This document shows, one piece after another, positions 54,052 through 63,407 of a stretch of DNA of 64,000 nucleotides (position 1 is its first letter; each line of letters opens with the position of its first letter). A program made the position numbers and the translations under genes. Below the pieces are notes generated by a model. That model had not been told where the DNA came from, ran no database searches, and saw only the letters and a list, made by a program, of their open reading frames with translations. The stretch lies in assembly GCA_035995165.1 (NCBI GenBank), contig DASYKU010000027.1, forward strand, positions 37,733-101,732, written 5' to 3'. The stretch comes from Mycobacteriales bacterium. GTDB lineage: Bacteria > Actinomycetota > Actinomycetes > Mycobacteriales > CADCTP01.

Positions 54052-55128
54052 GTGACCACCACCGAGATCCCGGCGATCGACCACGCGAAGCTGGAGGCGT
54101 TCGTCGGACAGGCGGTCGTCGACATGGGCGCCGCCATCTCCGGGCTGCTGCTGCACCTCGGCGACCGGCTCGGCCTGTACAAGGCGATGGCCGGCGCCGG
54201 TCCGATCACCTCCGCCGACCTGGCGGCCCGCACCGGCACCACCGAGCGGTACGTCCGCGAGTGGCTCGGCAACCAGACCGCCGGCGGCTACGTCGTGCAC
54301 GACCCGGCCGAGGACACGTACGAGCTGCCGGCCGAGCAGGCGATGGTGGTCGCGAACGAGGAGAGCCCGGTCTTCCTCGGCGGCGCCTTCGAGGCCATCG
54401 CCTCCTGCTACTCCGACCACGAGGTGTTCGCGGAGGCGTTCCGCACCGGGGCCGGGGTGAGCTGGCGCGACCACGACCACCGCCTGTTCTCCGGTGTGCT
54501 GCGGCTGTTCCGGCCCGGGTACGCCGCCCACCTCGTCCCGGAGTGGCTGCCGGCCCTCGACGGGGTGGTGGAGAAGCTGCGGGCGGGCGCGAGCGTGGCC
54601 GACGTCGGCTGCGGGCTCGGCGCCTCCACGATCATCCTGGCCCAGGCCTTCGAGCGGTCGACGTTCGCGGGCTTCGACGTCCACCAGGAGTCGATCGACG
54701 CCGCCCGGACGGCCGCGGCGGAGGCGGGCGTGGCGCAGCGGGCGAGGTTCGACGTCGCCGCCGCGAAGGATCTTCCCGGCCAGGGCTACGACCTGGTCTG
54801 CCTGTTCGACGCGCTGCACGACATGGGTGACCCGGTCGGCGCCGCCCGCCGCATCCGGCAGGCGATGGCCCCCGACGGCACACTGCTGCTGGTCGAGCCG
54901 TACGCCGGGGACACCCTGGAGGAGAACGCGAACCCGGTGGGCCGCGCGTACTACGGCCTGTCCACCGTCATCTGCACGCCCGGCTCGCTGGCGCAGGAGG
55001 TCGGGCTCGGACTCGGCGCCCAGGCCGGGCAACGGCGGCTGACCGCCGTGCTGCGGGAGGCCGGCTTCACACACGTACGGCGGGCGACCGAGACCCCGTT
55101 CAACCTCATCCTGGAGGCCAGGCCGTAG
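54052..55128 (+). CDS. class I SAM-dependent methyltransferase with an N-terminal winged-helix-like domain, 358 aa
   Basis: GTG at 54052 follows GGAG. The SAM motif I is VADVGCGLGASTIILA, followed by DLVCLFDALHDM. Confidence 0.85.
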   Translation: MTTTEIPAIDHAKLEAFVGQAVVDMGAAISGLLLHLGDRLGLYKAMAGAGPITSADLAARTGTTERYVREWLGNQTAGGYVVHDPAEDTYELPAEQAMVVANEESPVFLGGAFEAIASCYSDHEVFAEAFRTGAGVSWRDHDHRLFSGVLRLFRPGYAAHLVPEWLPALDGVVEKLRAGASVADVGCGLGASTIILAQAFERSTFAGFDVHQESIDAARTAAAEAGVAQRARFDVAAAKDLPGQGYDLVCLFDALHDMGDPVGAARRIRQAMAPDGTLLLVEPYAGDTLEENANPVGRAYYGLSTVICTPGSLAQEVGLGLGAQAGQRRLTAVLREAGFTHVRRATETPFNLILEARP

Positions 55129-57913
55129 CCGTGGCCCCCATCGCCGCCAGTGCGGCCTCGCCCCGCTGCCGATCCGCGCCACCGAGCCGGACGAGCGTCC
55201 GGGCCCACTGGTAGCGGCAGCCGGCGGCCTGCAGGGCGGTGGCCGCGGCGGTCAGCCCGGCCCGGTCACCGTCCTTTGTGGACAGCAGCGCGGCCGCCCG
55301 GTCGACCAGGGGGGCGGCGACCGGGTTGCCGGCCGTCGCCACCCGCGCCCGCCGGACCCGGTCGGCCGCGTCCGCGGCCCCGCTGAGCACGGCGGCCTCG
55401 GCCCACAGTGCCGCGTACCACTGCCGCCACATGCCGTCGTACCAGTGCGTGAACTGCTCCGGCGGCGTGACCATCAGCTCGAACGCCTGCTCGGGCCGGC
55501 CCCGGTGCAGCAGCAGCATCGCGTCGAACATCTCGCCGAAGTGCATCTCCGGCAGCGAGCGCCCGGGCGAGAGCAGCGCGTCGACGACCGCCAGCCAGTC
55601 GGCCCGGGCGTCGTCGTCGCCGCGCAGCCCGTGCATCGTCGCCGCCGCGTACGCGGCCCGGCTCAGGTTGCCCGCGCGGGGCCGGCCGGCCCGCTCCCAG
55701 CCCTCCCGGAAGCGCTCGGCCAGGCCGGCCGCCTCCGGCCAGTCACCGGCCAGCACGGTGACGACCAGCAGCCGGGCGACGGCCAGGTGGCCCTCCTCGC
55801 GGTGGAACGGCAGGTCCCGCAGCCGTTCGGCCAGGCTGCGGGCGACCGGGAGGTCGCCGGCGGCGACCGCGCAGTCCGACGCCATGAGCAACGCGTCGAA
55901 GAGCTCGAGCGCGGTCGTGGCCGTCACCGGCACCGTCGCCAGCAGCTGCGTACGCCGCAGCGCGCTGGCCGCCGCGGCCCGGATCTCGCTGCGGGACAGC
56001 TGGGCCGCGGTCAGCTGGTCGAGCGCCGCACTCTCGATCAGGGGGTCGCCGACGCGGCGGACCTGGGTGAGCGCGCTCTCGATGATCTCCAGGGCGTCCG
56101 GGTCGGACTCGTCGGCGTCGAACGCCTCGGCGACGAGCAGCCGCGCCTCCGCGACCGGGTCCCCGCCGGCCAGCGCCCAGCCCTGCTTGATCAGCGCGGT
56201 CGCGGCCCCGGCCGGCGGCTGGGTCGCCATCAGCCCGGGGCCGCGGTTCATCAGCTCGGCGTTGCGGGCCAGGTCGCCGGCCGCCGCGGCGCGATCGCCG
56301 GCCCGTACCGCCGCGTCGGCCGCACGTTGCCGCAGCGCCAGCGCCTCGATCCCGACGTGCCGCGACTCGGCCGCGCCGGCGGCCCCGCGCCAGGCGTCGG
56401 CCGCGGACCGGTCGTCGGGGGCGAGCCCGGCCGCCTGCTCGTACCGGCGCTGCGACTCGCCGGGCAGGCCGCGCAGGAAGGTCAGCTCGGCCAGCCCGAT
56501 CGCCAGCTCGTACGCCTCCGCGCGGTGCCGCGGCTCCCCCGCCGCCCAGGCCAGCGCGGCCCGCAGCTCGCCGGCGACGTCGTCGAAGGCGGTCCGCCAG
56601 GCCGCCGAGGTCGCCCGGTCCAGCGTCGCGCTCCGGTCGAGGGCGCCGCTGCGGTCCAGGCACCAGCGCAGGTGGCGGAACCGGGCGTCGTCGGCCTCGC
56701 CGGCCTCGTCGAGCCGATCCGTGCCGTACTGGCGGATGGTCTCCAGCGCCCGGTAGCGGGTGCCGCCGGCGCCGACGGTGGCGACCAGCAGGCTCTGGTC
56801 GGCGAGCCCGGCCAGGACGGTGGGGAGATGGCCGGCGGGCGGCAGGTCGGCCAGCACCGCCGCCGCCGCGGTCGACGTGAACGGGTCCGCGAACACCGAG
56901 ACCCGGCGCAGCACGGCCCGATCGGCCTCGGCCAGCAGGGCATGGCTCCAGTCCAGCGTCGAGCGCAGCGACCGGTGCCGGTCGTCGATGCGCCGCCCGC
57001 CGGTCAGCAGCCGCAACCGGTCGGCCAGCCCGCTCTCCAGCCCGTCCAGCCCGAGCGACGGACACCGGGCGGCGGCCAGCTCGATCGCCAGCGCCATCCC
57101 GTCCAGGTCCCGGCAGATGGCGGCGACGCGACGGGTGTCCTCCGGCCGCACCGGGCTGCCGCCGGCCGCGGCCCGGGCGGCGAACAGCTCGACCGCGTCG
57201 CCGCCGGCCGCGTCCACCGACAGCCCGGGCACCGCGAAGACCCGCTCGAACGGGACCAGCAGCCGGGCCCGGCTGGTGGCGAGCACGACGAGCCGGGGCG
57301 CGGCGGCCAGCAGCCGCTCCAGCAGCACGACCACGCCGTCCAGCAGGTGCTCGCAGTTGTCCAGCACCAGCAGCGCCTCCCGGCCGGCCAGCCAGCTCGC
57401 GACGTCGTCCGCCGGGGAGCTGCCCGCGTGCTCGCCGAGACCGAGCGCGTCGGCGAGTGCCGGAGCGATCATCGCCCGATCGGTCACCGGGACGAGGTCG
57501 ACATACCAGACCCCGTCGGCGAACCGGTCGCCGAGATCCGCGGCGACGCTGAGCGCGAGCCGGGTCTTGCCGACCCCGCCGGGCCCGACTGCGGTCACCA
57601 GCCGGTGCTCACCCAGCGCCGCGGACAGCGCCACCCGCTCGGCCGCGCGCCCGACGAACGGGGTCAGCGGCGACGGCAGGACGGCGGCGGCGGTCCTCGG
57701 ACCGGTTCCTGCTCCGGCGGCAGCGGCCAGCGCGCGCCGGTCGGCCACCTCGAGCTTGCGCAGCAAGGAGGACACGTGGCTCTCGACCGTACGGACGGAG
57801 ATGAACAGCCGGGCGCCGATCTCGGCGTTCGTCAGGTGCTCGCCCAGCGCGGTCAGGACCTCGGCCTCGCGGACGGAGATCCCGACCTCGCGAGGTCCTC
57901 CCGACGTGGCCAT
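55106..57913 (-). CDS. LuxR-family regulator with an N-terminal HTH, an NB-ARC-type ATPase and TPR-like helical repeats, 935 aa
   Basis: ATG at 57911-57913. The HTH is SVREAEVLTALGEHLTNAEIGARLFISVRTVESHVSSLLRKL and the P-loop is VGPGGVGKTRLA, followed by LLVLDNCEH and GMALAIELAAAR. The ORF-track extension to 58843 is out-of-frame overlap with the EamA gene. Confidence 0.85.
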   Translation of the reverse strand: MATSGGPREVGISVREAEVLTALGEHLTNAEIGARLFISVRTVESHVSSLLRKLEVADRRALAAAAGAGTGPRTAAAVLPSPLTPFVGRAAERVALSAALGEHRLVTAVGPGGVGKTRLALSVAADLGDRFADGVWYVDLVPVTDRAMIAPALADALGLGEHAGSSPADDVASWLAGREALLVLDNCEHLLDGVVVLLERLLAAAPRLVVLATSRARLLVPFERVFAVPGLSVDAAGGDAVELFAARAAAGGSPVRPEDTRRVAAICRDLDGMALAIELAAARCPSLGLDGLESGLADRLRLLTGGRRIDDRHRSLRSTLDWSHALLAEADRAVLRRVSVFADPFTSTAAAAVLADLPPAGHLPTVLAGLADQSLLVATVGAGGTRYRALETIRQYGTDRLDEAGEADDARFRHLRWCLDRSGALDRSATLDRATSAAWRTAFDDVAGELRAALAWAAGEPRHRAEAYELAIGLAELTFLRGLPGESQRRYEQAAGLAPDDRSAADAWRGAAGAAESRHVGIEALALRQRAADAAVRAGDRAAAAGDLARNAELMNRGPGLMATQPPAGAATALIKQGWALAGGDPVAEARLLVAEAFDADESDPDALEIIESALTQVRRVGDPLIESAALDQLTAAQLSRSEIRAAAASALRRTQLLATVPVTATTALELFDALLMASDCAVAAGDLPVARSLAERLRDLPFHREEGHLAVARLLVVTVLAGDWPEAAGLAERFREGWERAGRPRAGNLSRAAYAAATMHGLRGDDDARADWLAVVDALLSPGRSLPEMHFGEMFDAMLLLHRGRPEQAFELMVTPPEQFTHWYDGMWRQWYAALWAEAAVLSGAADAADRVRRARVATAGNPVAAPLVDRAAALLSTKDGDRAGLTAAATALQAAGCRYQWARTLVRLGGADRQRGEAALAAMGATATAWPPG

Positions 57914-57948
57914 GCCCAGAGTCTGCCGCAGCGTGGGAGTCGCGAGCA

Positions 57949-58911
57949 TCACCCACGAGCACGCGGATCCCGGTCGCGCCCCGACCCGCCCGCACCGCGG
58001 TCGAGGCGGATGCGGACGGCGGTGGCGGCGCAGAGGATCACGGCGAGGCCGCCGAGGACGGTGGGCCAGGTGACGCGCTCGTGCAGGAGGAGCGCGGCCC
58101 ACAGGATGCTGAGCACGGGCTGGATCAGCTGGACCTGGCTGACCTGGGCCATCGGCCCGATGGCCAGCCCGCGGTACCAGGCGAAGAAGCCCAGGAACAT
58201 GCTCACCACGGCCAGGTACGCGAACGCCGCCCACTCCGGCGGCGTCGCGGCCGGCGGCTGCCGGATCGCCGAGACGACGCTCAGCGTGATCATGACCGGT
58301 GCGGCGAGCACCAGCGCCCACGACACCGTCTGCCAGGAGCCGAGCTCGCGGGAGAGCAGCCCTCCTTCGGCGTAACCGACCGCCGCGGCGGCGACCGCGC
58401 CGAACAGCAGCAGGTCGGCCCAGTGCAGCCGCCCGAACCCGCCACCCTGCAACGACGCGAACCCGAGGGCGACGGCGGCGCCGACCACCGCCATCACCCA
58501 GAACGACCGCGGCGGATGTTCCCTGCCGCGCAGGACGGCCATGGCCGCGGTCGCGGCCGGCAGCAGCGCGATCACGACGGCGCCGTGCGAGGCCGGGGTG
58601 GTGCTCAGCGCGTACGAGGTCAGCAGCGGGAACCCGGCGACGACACCGCCGGCGATGACGGCCAGCCGTCCCCACTGGGCGCCGGCCGGCCGGCGCTGAC
58701 CGGTCAACCCGAGCGCCAGGGCGGCCAGCACGGCGGCGACGACCGCGCGACCGGAGCCGATGAACAGCGGCGAGAGGCCGCCGACGGCGACGCGGGTCAG
58801 CGGGACGGTGAACGAGAACGCCGCCGTCCCGAGCAACCCCCACTGCAGGCCCTCCCGGGACGGCGATAGCAGTGGCTCGGTCCGGTGGATAACGCTACTG
58901 TCACCTGACAT
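57949..58911 (-). CDS. EamA/DMT-family transporter, 320 aa
   Basis: ATG at 58909-58911 gives MSGDSSVIH... The protein has ten hydrophobic segments with the duplicated EamA pattern. Confidence 0.85.
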   Translation of the reverse strand: MSGDSSVIHRTEPLLSPSREGLQWGLLGTAAFSFTVPLTRVAVGGLSPLFIGSGRAVVAAVLAALALGLTGQRRPAGAQWGRLAVIAGGVVAGFPLLTSYALSTTPASHGAVVIALLPAATAAMAVLRGREHPPRSFWVMAVVGAAVALGFASLQGGGFGRLHWADLLLFGAVAAAAVGYAEGGLLSRELGSWQTVSWALVLAAPVMITLSVVSAIRQPPAATPPEWAAFAYLAVVSMFLGFFAWYRGLAIGPMAQVSQVQLIQPVLSILWAALLLHERVTWPTVLGGLAVILCAATAVRIRLDRGAGGSGRDRDPRARG

Positions 58912-60307
58912 GTCTGACGATAGCACCGGCCGCATCGTCGCCGGCCTCCGCGCCTGGATCGCGCAGGCGGCGCCGGGTGCCCGGGTGCCGTCGAACCGCG
59001 CCCTCATGGCCGAGTACCGGGCCAGCCCGATCACGGTGCAGAAGGCCATGCGCGAACTCGGGTCGGCCGGCCTGATCGAGAGCCGGCCGGGGGTGGGGAC
59101 GTTCGTTCGCGCCGTCCGCACCGCCGGCCCGGTCGACTACAGCTGGCAGACCGGCGCGCTGAGCTCGCCGCCGGCTCGGCTGCCGACCCTGTCGGCGCCG
59201 CTGCGCGACGGCGCACCCGACACGATCGGCCTGCACTCGGGTTACCCGGACCGCGAGCTCCTCCCGGAAGGGCTCGTCCGGGCCGCACTGGCCCGGGCCG
59301 CGCGGACCGACGCGGTGGGAACCCGGTCCGCCGCCGCGGGGCTGCCCGAGCTGCGGGCCTGGTTCGCGCACGAGCTCGCCGGCGACCACCCGCCCGCGGC
59401 GCGGGACGTCATCGTCCTGCCCGGCAGCCAGAGCGGCCTGAGCTCGATCTTCCGCGCCCTGGTCGGTGCCGGGCGGCCGCTGCTGCTGGAGTCCCCGACG
59501 TACTGGGGCGCCATCCTCGCCGCGGCCCAGGCCGGGGTCCAGGTCGTCCCGGTGCCCAGCGGAACCGGCGGACCGGACCCGGACGACCTCGCGCACGCGT
59601 TCGCCCGGACCGGGGCGCGCGCCTTCTACGCCCAGCCCACCTACGCCAACCCCACCGGCGCCCAGTGGTCGCCGGCGCAGGCGGAGCGGATCCTCGGCAC
59701 CGTCCGCGACCACGACGCCTTCCTCGTCGAGGACGACTGGGCCCACGACTTCGGCATCGACTCCACCGCCCGCCCCGTCGCCGCCCGCGACGAGGCCGGG
59801 CACGTCGTCTACCTGCGGTCGCTGACCAAGAGCGTGTCGCCGGCCCTGCGCGTCGCCGCCGTCGTCGCGCGCGGGCCGGCCCGCGACCGCATCCTCGCCG
59901 ACCACGGGGCCGACTCCCTCTACGTCAGCGGCGTGCTCCAGGCCGCGGCCCTCGACGTCGTCACCCGGCCCGGCTGGCGCACGTACCGGCGCACCCTCCG
60001 GCACCACCTGCGGACCCGGCGCGACCTGCTCGTCCGGAGCCTGGCCGAGCACGTCCCGCAGGCCCACCTCGAGCACGTCCCACCGGGCGGCCTGCACCTG
60101 TGGGCGCGGCTGCCCGACGGCGTCGACGTCGACCGGCTCACCCGCGACTGCGAGGCCGACGGCGTGCTCATCGCGCCCGGGACCGAATGGTTCCCGGCCG
60201 AACCGGTCGGGCCGTACGTCCGGCTCAACTACTGCGGCCCGAACCCCGACCGCTTCCCCGACGCCGCCCGCATCCTCGGCCGCGCCCTCACCACCCAGAC
60301 CGGCTGA
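58910..60307 (+). CDS. MocR-type GntR regulator with an aminotransferase-like (PLP) domain, 465 aa
   Basis: ATG at 58910 gives MSDDSTGRIVAGL... The GntR wHTH is VPSNRALMAEYRASPITVQKAMRELGSAGLIESRPGVGTFV. A fold-type I aminotransferase-like body follows (YLRSLTKSVSPALR, where K is the PLP-Lys candidate). Confidence 0.85.
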   Translation: MSDDSTGRIVAGLRAWIAQAAPGARVPSNRALMAEYRASPITVQKAMRELGSAGLIESRPGVGTFVRAVRTAGPVDYSWQTGALSSPPARLPTLSAPLRDGAPDTIGLHSGYPDRELLPEGLVRAALARAARTDAVGTRSAAAGLPELRAWFAHELAGDHPPAARDVIVLPGSQSGLSSIFRALVGAGRPLLLESPTYWGAILAAAQAGVQVVPVPSGTGGPDPDDLAHAFARTGARAFYAQPTYANPTGAQWSPAQAERILGTVRDHDAFLVEDDWAHDFGIDSTARPVAARDEAGHVVYLRSLTKSVSPALRVAAVVARGPARDRILADHGADSLYVSGVLQAAALDVVTRPGWRTYRRTLRHHLRTRRDLLVRSLAEHVPQAHLEHVPPGGLHLWARLPDGVDVDRLTRDCEADGVLIAPGTEWFPAEPVGPYVRLNYCGPNPDRFPDAARILGRALTTQTG

Positions 60308-60340
60308 CCCGACCCACCGGGAGGCTGATGAGATACGGCG

Positions 60341-61120
60341 ATGGAATCAGGACGTGGCCGGGTGGCGGTCGTGACCGGCGCCCGGCAGGGCCTCGGCCGG
60401 GTGGTCGCGCAGCACCTCGCCGGCCAGGGGTACGCGCTGGCCCTGCTCGACATCGCCGCCCCGGCCGAGACCGAGGAGTCGGTGCGGGGCGTCCCCGTTC
60501 TCTCGGTCGAGGTCGACGTGGCCGACGAGGCCGGCGTACGGGCGGCCGCCGACCGGGTCACCGACCGCCTCGGCCCGGCCGACGTGCTGGTGAACAACGC
60601 CGGGATCAGCCTCATCGCCCCGGCCGAGGCGACCTCGGCCGAGCAGTGGCGGCGGGTGCTCGAGGTCAACCTGACCGGGCCGTTCCTGCTCTGCCAGGCC
60701 TTCGGCCGCGGCATGCTCGACCGGCGTACCGGGTCGATCGTCAACATCGCCTCGATCGCCGGCCTGCGCGGGATCGCCGACCGGGCCGCCTACAACGCCT
60801 CCAAGCACGGGCTGGTCGGGCTCACCCGGACCCTCGCCGTCGAATGGGGCGGCCGCGGCGTCCGGGTCAACGCCGTGTGCCCGGGCTGGATCAAGACCGA
60901 GATGGATGTCGCCGACCAGGGCGCCGGCGCCTACACCGACGACGACATCGTCGAGCACGTCCCGATGGGCCGCTTCGCCCGGCCCGAGGACGTCGCGCAG
61001 GCCGTCGCGTTCCTCGCCGACGACACCGCGAGCGGGTTCGTCAACGGTCAGGAGCTCGGCGTCGACGGCGGCTGGCACGCCGACGGCAGCTGGCGGCAAC
61101 TCCGCCTGTCGAAGCGGTAG
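60341..61120 (+). CDS. SDR-family oxidoreductase, 259 aa
   Basis: Contains VAVVTGARQGLG, NNAGI and YNASKHG. Confidence 0.9.
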   Translation: MESGRGRVAVVTGARQGLGRVVAQHLAGQGYALALLDIAAPAETEESVRGVPVLSVEVDVADEAGVRAAADRVTDRLGPADVLVNNAGISLIAPAEATSAEQWRRVLEVNLTGPFLLCQAFGRGMLDRRTGSIVNIASIAGLRGIADRAAYNASKHGLVGLTRTLAVEWGGRGVRVNAVCPGWIKTEMDVADQGAGAYTDDDIVEHVPMGRFARPEDVAQAVAFLADDTASGFVNGQELGVDGGWHADGSWRQLRLSKR

Positions 61121-61580
61121 CCGGCGCTTCCGCTGGTCCGGCCGGAGCACCGTCCACACGCGACAGCCGCAGGACGGCTCCCAGCACCCGTACCGTCGGG
61201 ACGTAGCCGAGTTGGCGGGAGCCCTGGCTGACCGGGTTGTCGCCCTCGACGACGAGGGAGCCGGGCGGCACCGTGCGGCCGGCGGTCGCCGCCCAGTCCG
61301 GCGCCGGATCGCCGGCGACGGCGGTGACGCGCTTGATGCGCCAGCCCGGGTCGGCCGCGAGCCGCTGCGATCCGACGTCGAACACGACGACGTCGCCGAC
61401 GCGGTAGCGCGCGCGGCGGACCGCGTACACCCGGTCGCCGTCGTCGAAGGTCGGCGTCATGCTCGATCCTCGTACGGTGGCGGCGACGACCCGACGGCGT
61501 ACGGCGACGGCGACGGCGACGGCGGCTGCGGCTGCGGCTGCGGCTGCGAGGAACGCCGGCGCGCCGATCGACGAGCTCAC
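61041..61580 (-). CDS. small S26-family signal-peptidase-like protein, 179 aa
   Basis: GTG at 61578-61580. An Ala/Val-repeat TM segment is followed by RGSSMTPTF (Ser box), RIKRV (Lys box) and EGDNPVSQGSR. The Arg-rich C-terminal ~45 aa overlaps the convergent SDR gene by 80 nt and is doubtful. Confidence 0.55.
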   Translation of the reverse strand: MSSSIGAPAFLAAAAAAAAAVAVAVAVRRRVVAATVRGSSMTPTFDDGDRVYAVRRARYRVGDVVVFDVGSQRLAADPGWRIKRVTAVAGDPAPDWAATAGRTVPPGSLVVEGDNPVSQGSRQLGYVPTVRVLGAVLRLSRVDGAPAGPAEAPATASTGGVAASCRRRASRRRRRAPDR

Positions 61581-61639
61581 CGGGACGGCGGAGGTCGACT
61601 CCGCGGACCGGCGGCTGGCGCTGCGGCTGTGCGCGGGGG

Positions 61640-63292
61640 ATGCCGCTGGCGCTGCGCCTGGTCGCCGTACATCTGGCCCGGCCGCTGCGGCACCGGCCCG
61701 CCCTCGACCTGCTGACCGCGGCCGACGACCCCCGCGCCGGCGTACGGGAGCTGCTGTCGTGGTCGGCCCGGGTCCTCGATCCGGACGCGGACCGGCTGCT
61801 GTGCATGCTGGGGCTTCTTCCGGTGGCCGACCCGGACGTGACCGTGGCCGCCGCGGCGTGCGGCTGGGAACTCCCGCGCACCCGCGACGTCTTCGAGCGG
61901 CTCGCCGACGTGAACATGGTCCAGTACCGCGGCCCCGGCCGGTACGGGATGCACGAGCTCGTCCGCGAGTACGCCCGGGAGCGCGCGGCCGGACTCCCCG
62001 ACGCGGCCGGACTCCCCGACGCGGCCGGACTCCTCGACGCGGAGCGGGCAGCTGCCTGCGACCGGGTGGAGACGCTGTTCCTCGCCGCGGCGCTGGAGGC
62101 GTCCCGCCGGCTGGGGATGGCGACCGACCTCGCCGAACGGGACCGCGTCGCCGTACCGGACGCGCTGACCGGCCTGGTCGCGCCGGACGTGCAGGGCTGG
62201 CTGCGCGACCACCGCGGGTCCGTCGCCGCGGTCGCCCGGCAGGCCCAGGACCGGGGTGCGCACGCCGCCGTCCGGCGACTGTCCGACGCCTGGTGGCGCC
62301 ACCTCTACAAGGACATGCGCGACGCCGAGGCGCGGGACCTGCACAGCATCGCGCTGGTGTCGGCGGAGTCGGCGGGCGACCGGCTCGCCCGGTGCCGGGC
62401 GCTGCGGCACCTGGGTGTGCTCGACACCCGCGCCGGGCGCGGCGACGACGCCCGGCACCGGTTCGACGAGGCCGCGCGGGAGGCGCACGAGCTCGGCGAG
62501 CCGGCGGAGGAGGCGGAGGCGACCGGGCTGCTCGCCTCCATGCACGCCGCCCTCGCCGAGTACGGCCCGGCGATCGCCTGGCTGCACCGCACCCTGGAGC
62601 TCACCGACCAGGTTCCGGACTCCGCCAGCCGGGCCAGCCTGCTCAACAATCTGGGCATGCTCTACCGCAAGATCGGCGACCTCGACCGCGCCTCCACCGT
62701 CCTGGACGAGGCGCTGCACGAGGCCGTCGCCACGTCCGACACCGATGTGGAGAGTGCCGCCCACAACAACCTCGGCAGCCTGGAACGGGAGCGCGGCGAC
62801 CTGACCGCCGCCCACGCCCATCTGCGGGCAGCGCTGGACGCCGCCCGGCGCGCCTGCAACCTCGAGGGCGAGGCGGTCGTGCTCACGAAGCTCGCGGACG
62901 TGGCCGGGGCGCGCGGGGACGTCGAGGCGGCGAAGGCGTACCTCGACGCCGCGGCCCTGATCAGCGCGGAGTCGGGTACCCCGCACCTGCGCAACCTGGT
63001 GTGGAACGCGCGCGGCGAGTGGGCGCTGACCGTGCACGACCTCGCCGCTGCCGCCCGGGCCCACCAGCAGGTTCTGCTCCCCGCCGCCGACGCCCGGGAC
63101 ATGCCCGAACTGGCCCGGGCGTACGCCGGCCTGGGGCAGGTGGCGCGGGTGGAGGGACGCACCAGCCAGGCCCGGGACTACCTCCGCCGGGCCGCCGAGG
63201 AGTACCGGCGCCTGGGCTCCCCGCACGCCTCCGCCATAGAGGCCCAACTGCGCGCCCTCCGGACCCGCCGTGGACAGTCGTCATCCAGCTGA
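61640..63292 (+). CDS. TPR-repeat protein; N-terminally truncated AfsR/NB-ARC-type regulator, 550 aa
   Basis: It starts at MPLALRLVAVHL, the GxPLAL motif of NB-ARC. The preceding ...RRLALRLCAG is in another frame because of an extra G in the run 61635-61639. No P-loop or DNA-binding domain lies upstream. TPR-like repeats fill the C-terminal part (NNLGMLYRKIGDLDRA, NNLGSLERERGDLTAA). Confidence 0.7.
   Translation: MPLALRLVAVHLARPLRHRPALDLLTAADDPRAGVRELLSWSARVLDPDADRLLCMLGLLPVADPDVTVAAAACGWELPRTRDVFERLADVNMVQYRGPGRYGMHELVREYARERAAGLPDAAGLPDAAGLLDAERAAACDRVETLFLAAALEASRRLGMATDLAERDRVAVPDALTGLVAPDVQGWLRDHRGSVAAVARQAQDRGAHAAVRRLSDAWWRHLYKDMRDAEARDLHSIALVSAESAGDRLARCRALRHLGVLDTRAGRGDDARHRFDEAAREAHELGEPAEEAEATGLLASMHAALAEYGPAIAWLHRTLELTDQVPDSASRASLLNNLGMLYRKIGDLDRASTVLDEALHEAVATSDTDVESAAHNNLGSLERERGDLTAAHAHLRAALDAARRACNLEGEAVVLTKLADVAGARGDVEAAKAYLDAAALISAESGTPHLRNLVWNARGEWALTVHDLAAAARAHQQVLLPAADARDMPELARAYAGLGQVARVEGRTSQARDYLRRAAEEYRRLGSPHASAIEAQLRALRTRRGQSSSS
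61988..62041 (+). repeat. three tandem copies of an 18-nt unit (gccggactccccgacgcg), in frame (AGLPDA x3)
   Basis: Units lie at 61988, 62006 and 62024. The third has one mismatch at 62034. Confidence 0.95.
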
Positions 63293-63407
63293 CGGGGGGC
63301 ACCGTCCGGGTCGCGTAGTGGCACGCTGTGGATCCACGCCCGCCTTGGCTGACGATGGCGTCCAGGCGGCCATCGCGGTGGCGGGCAGCTCGTGACTTCG
63401 GCTGTGA

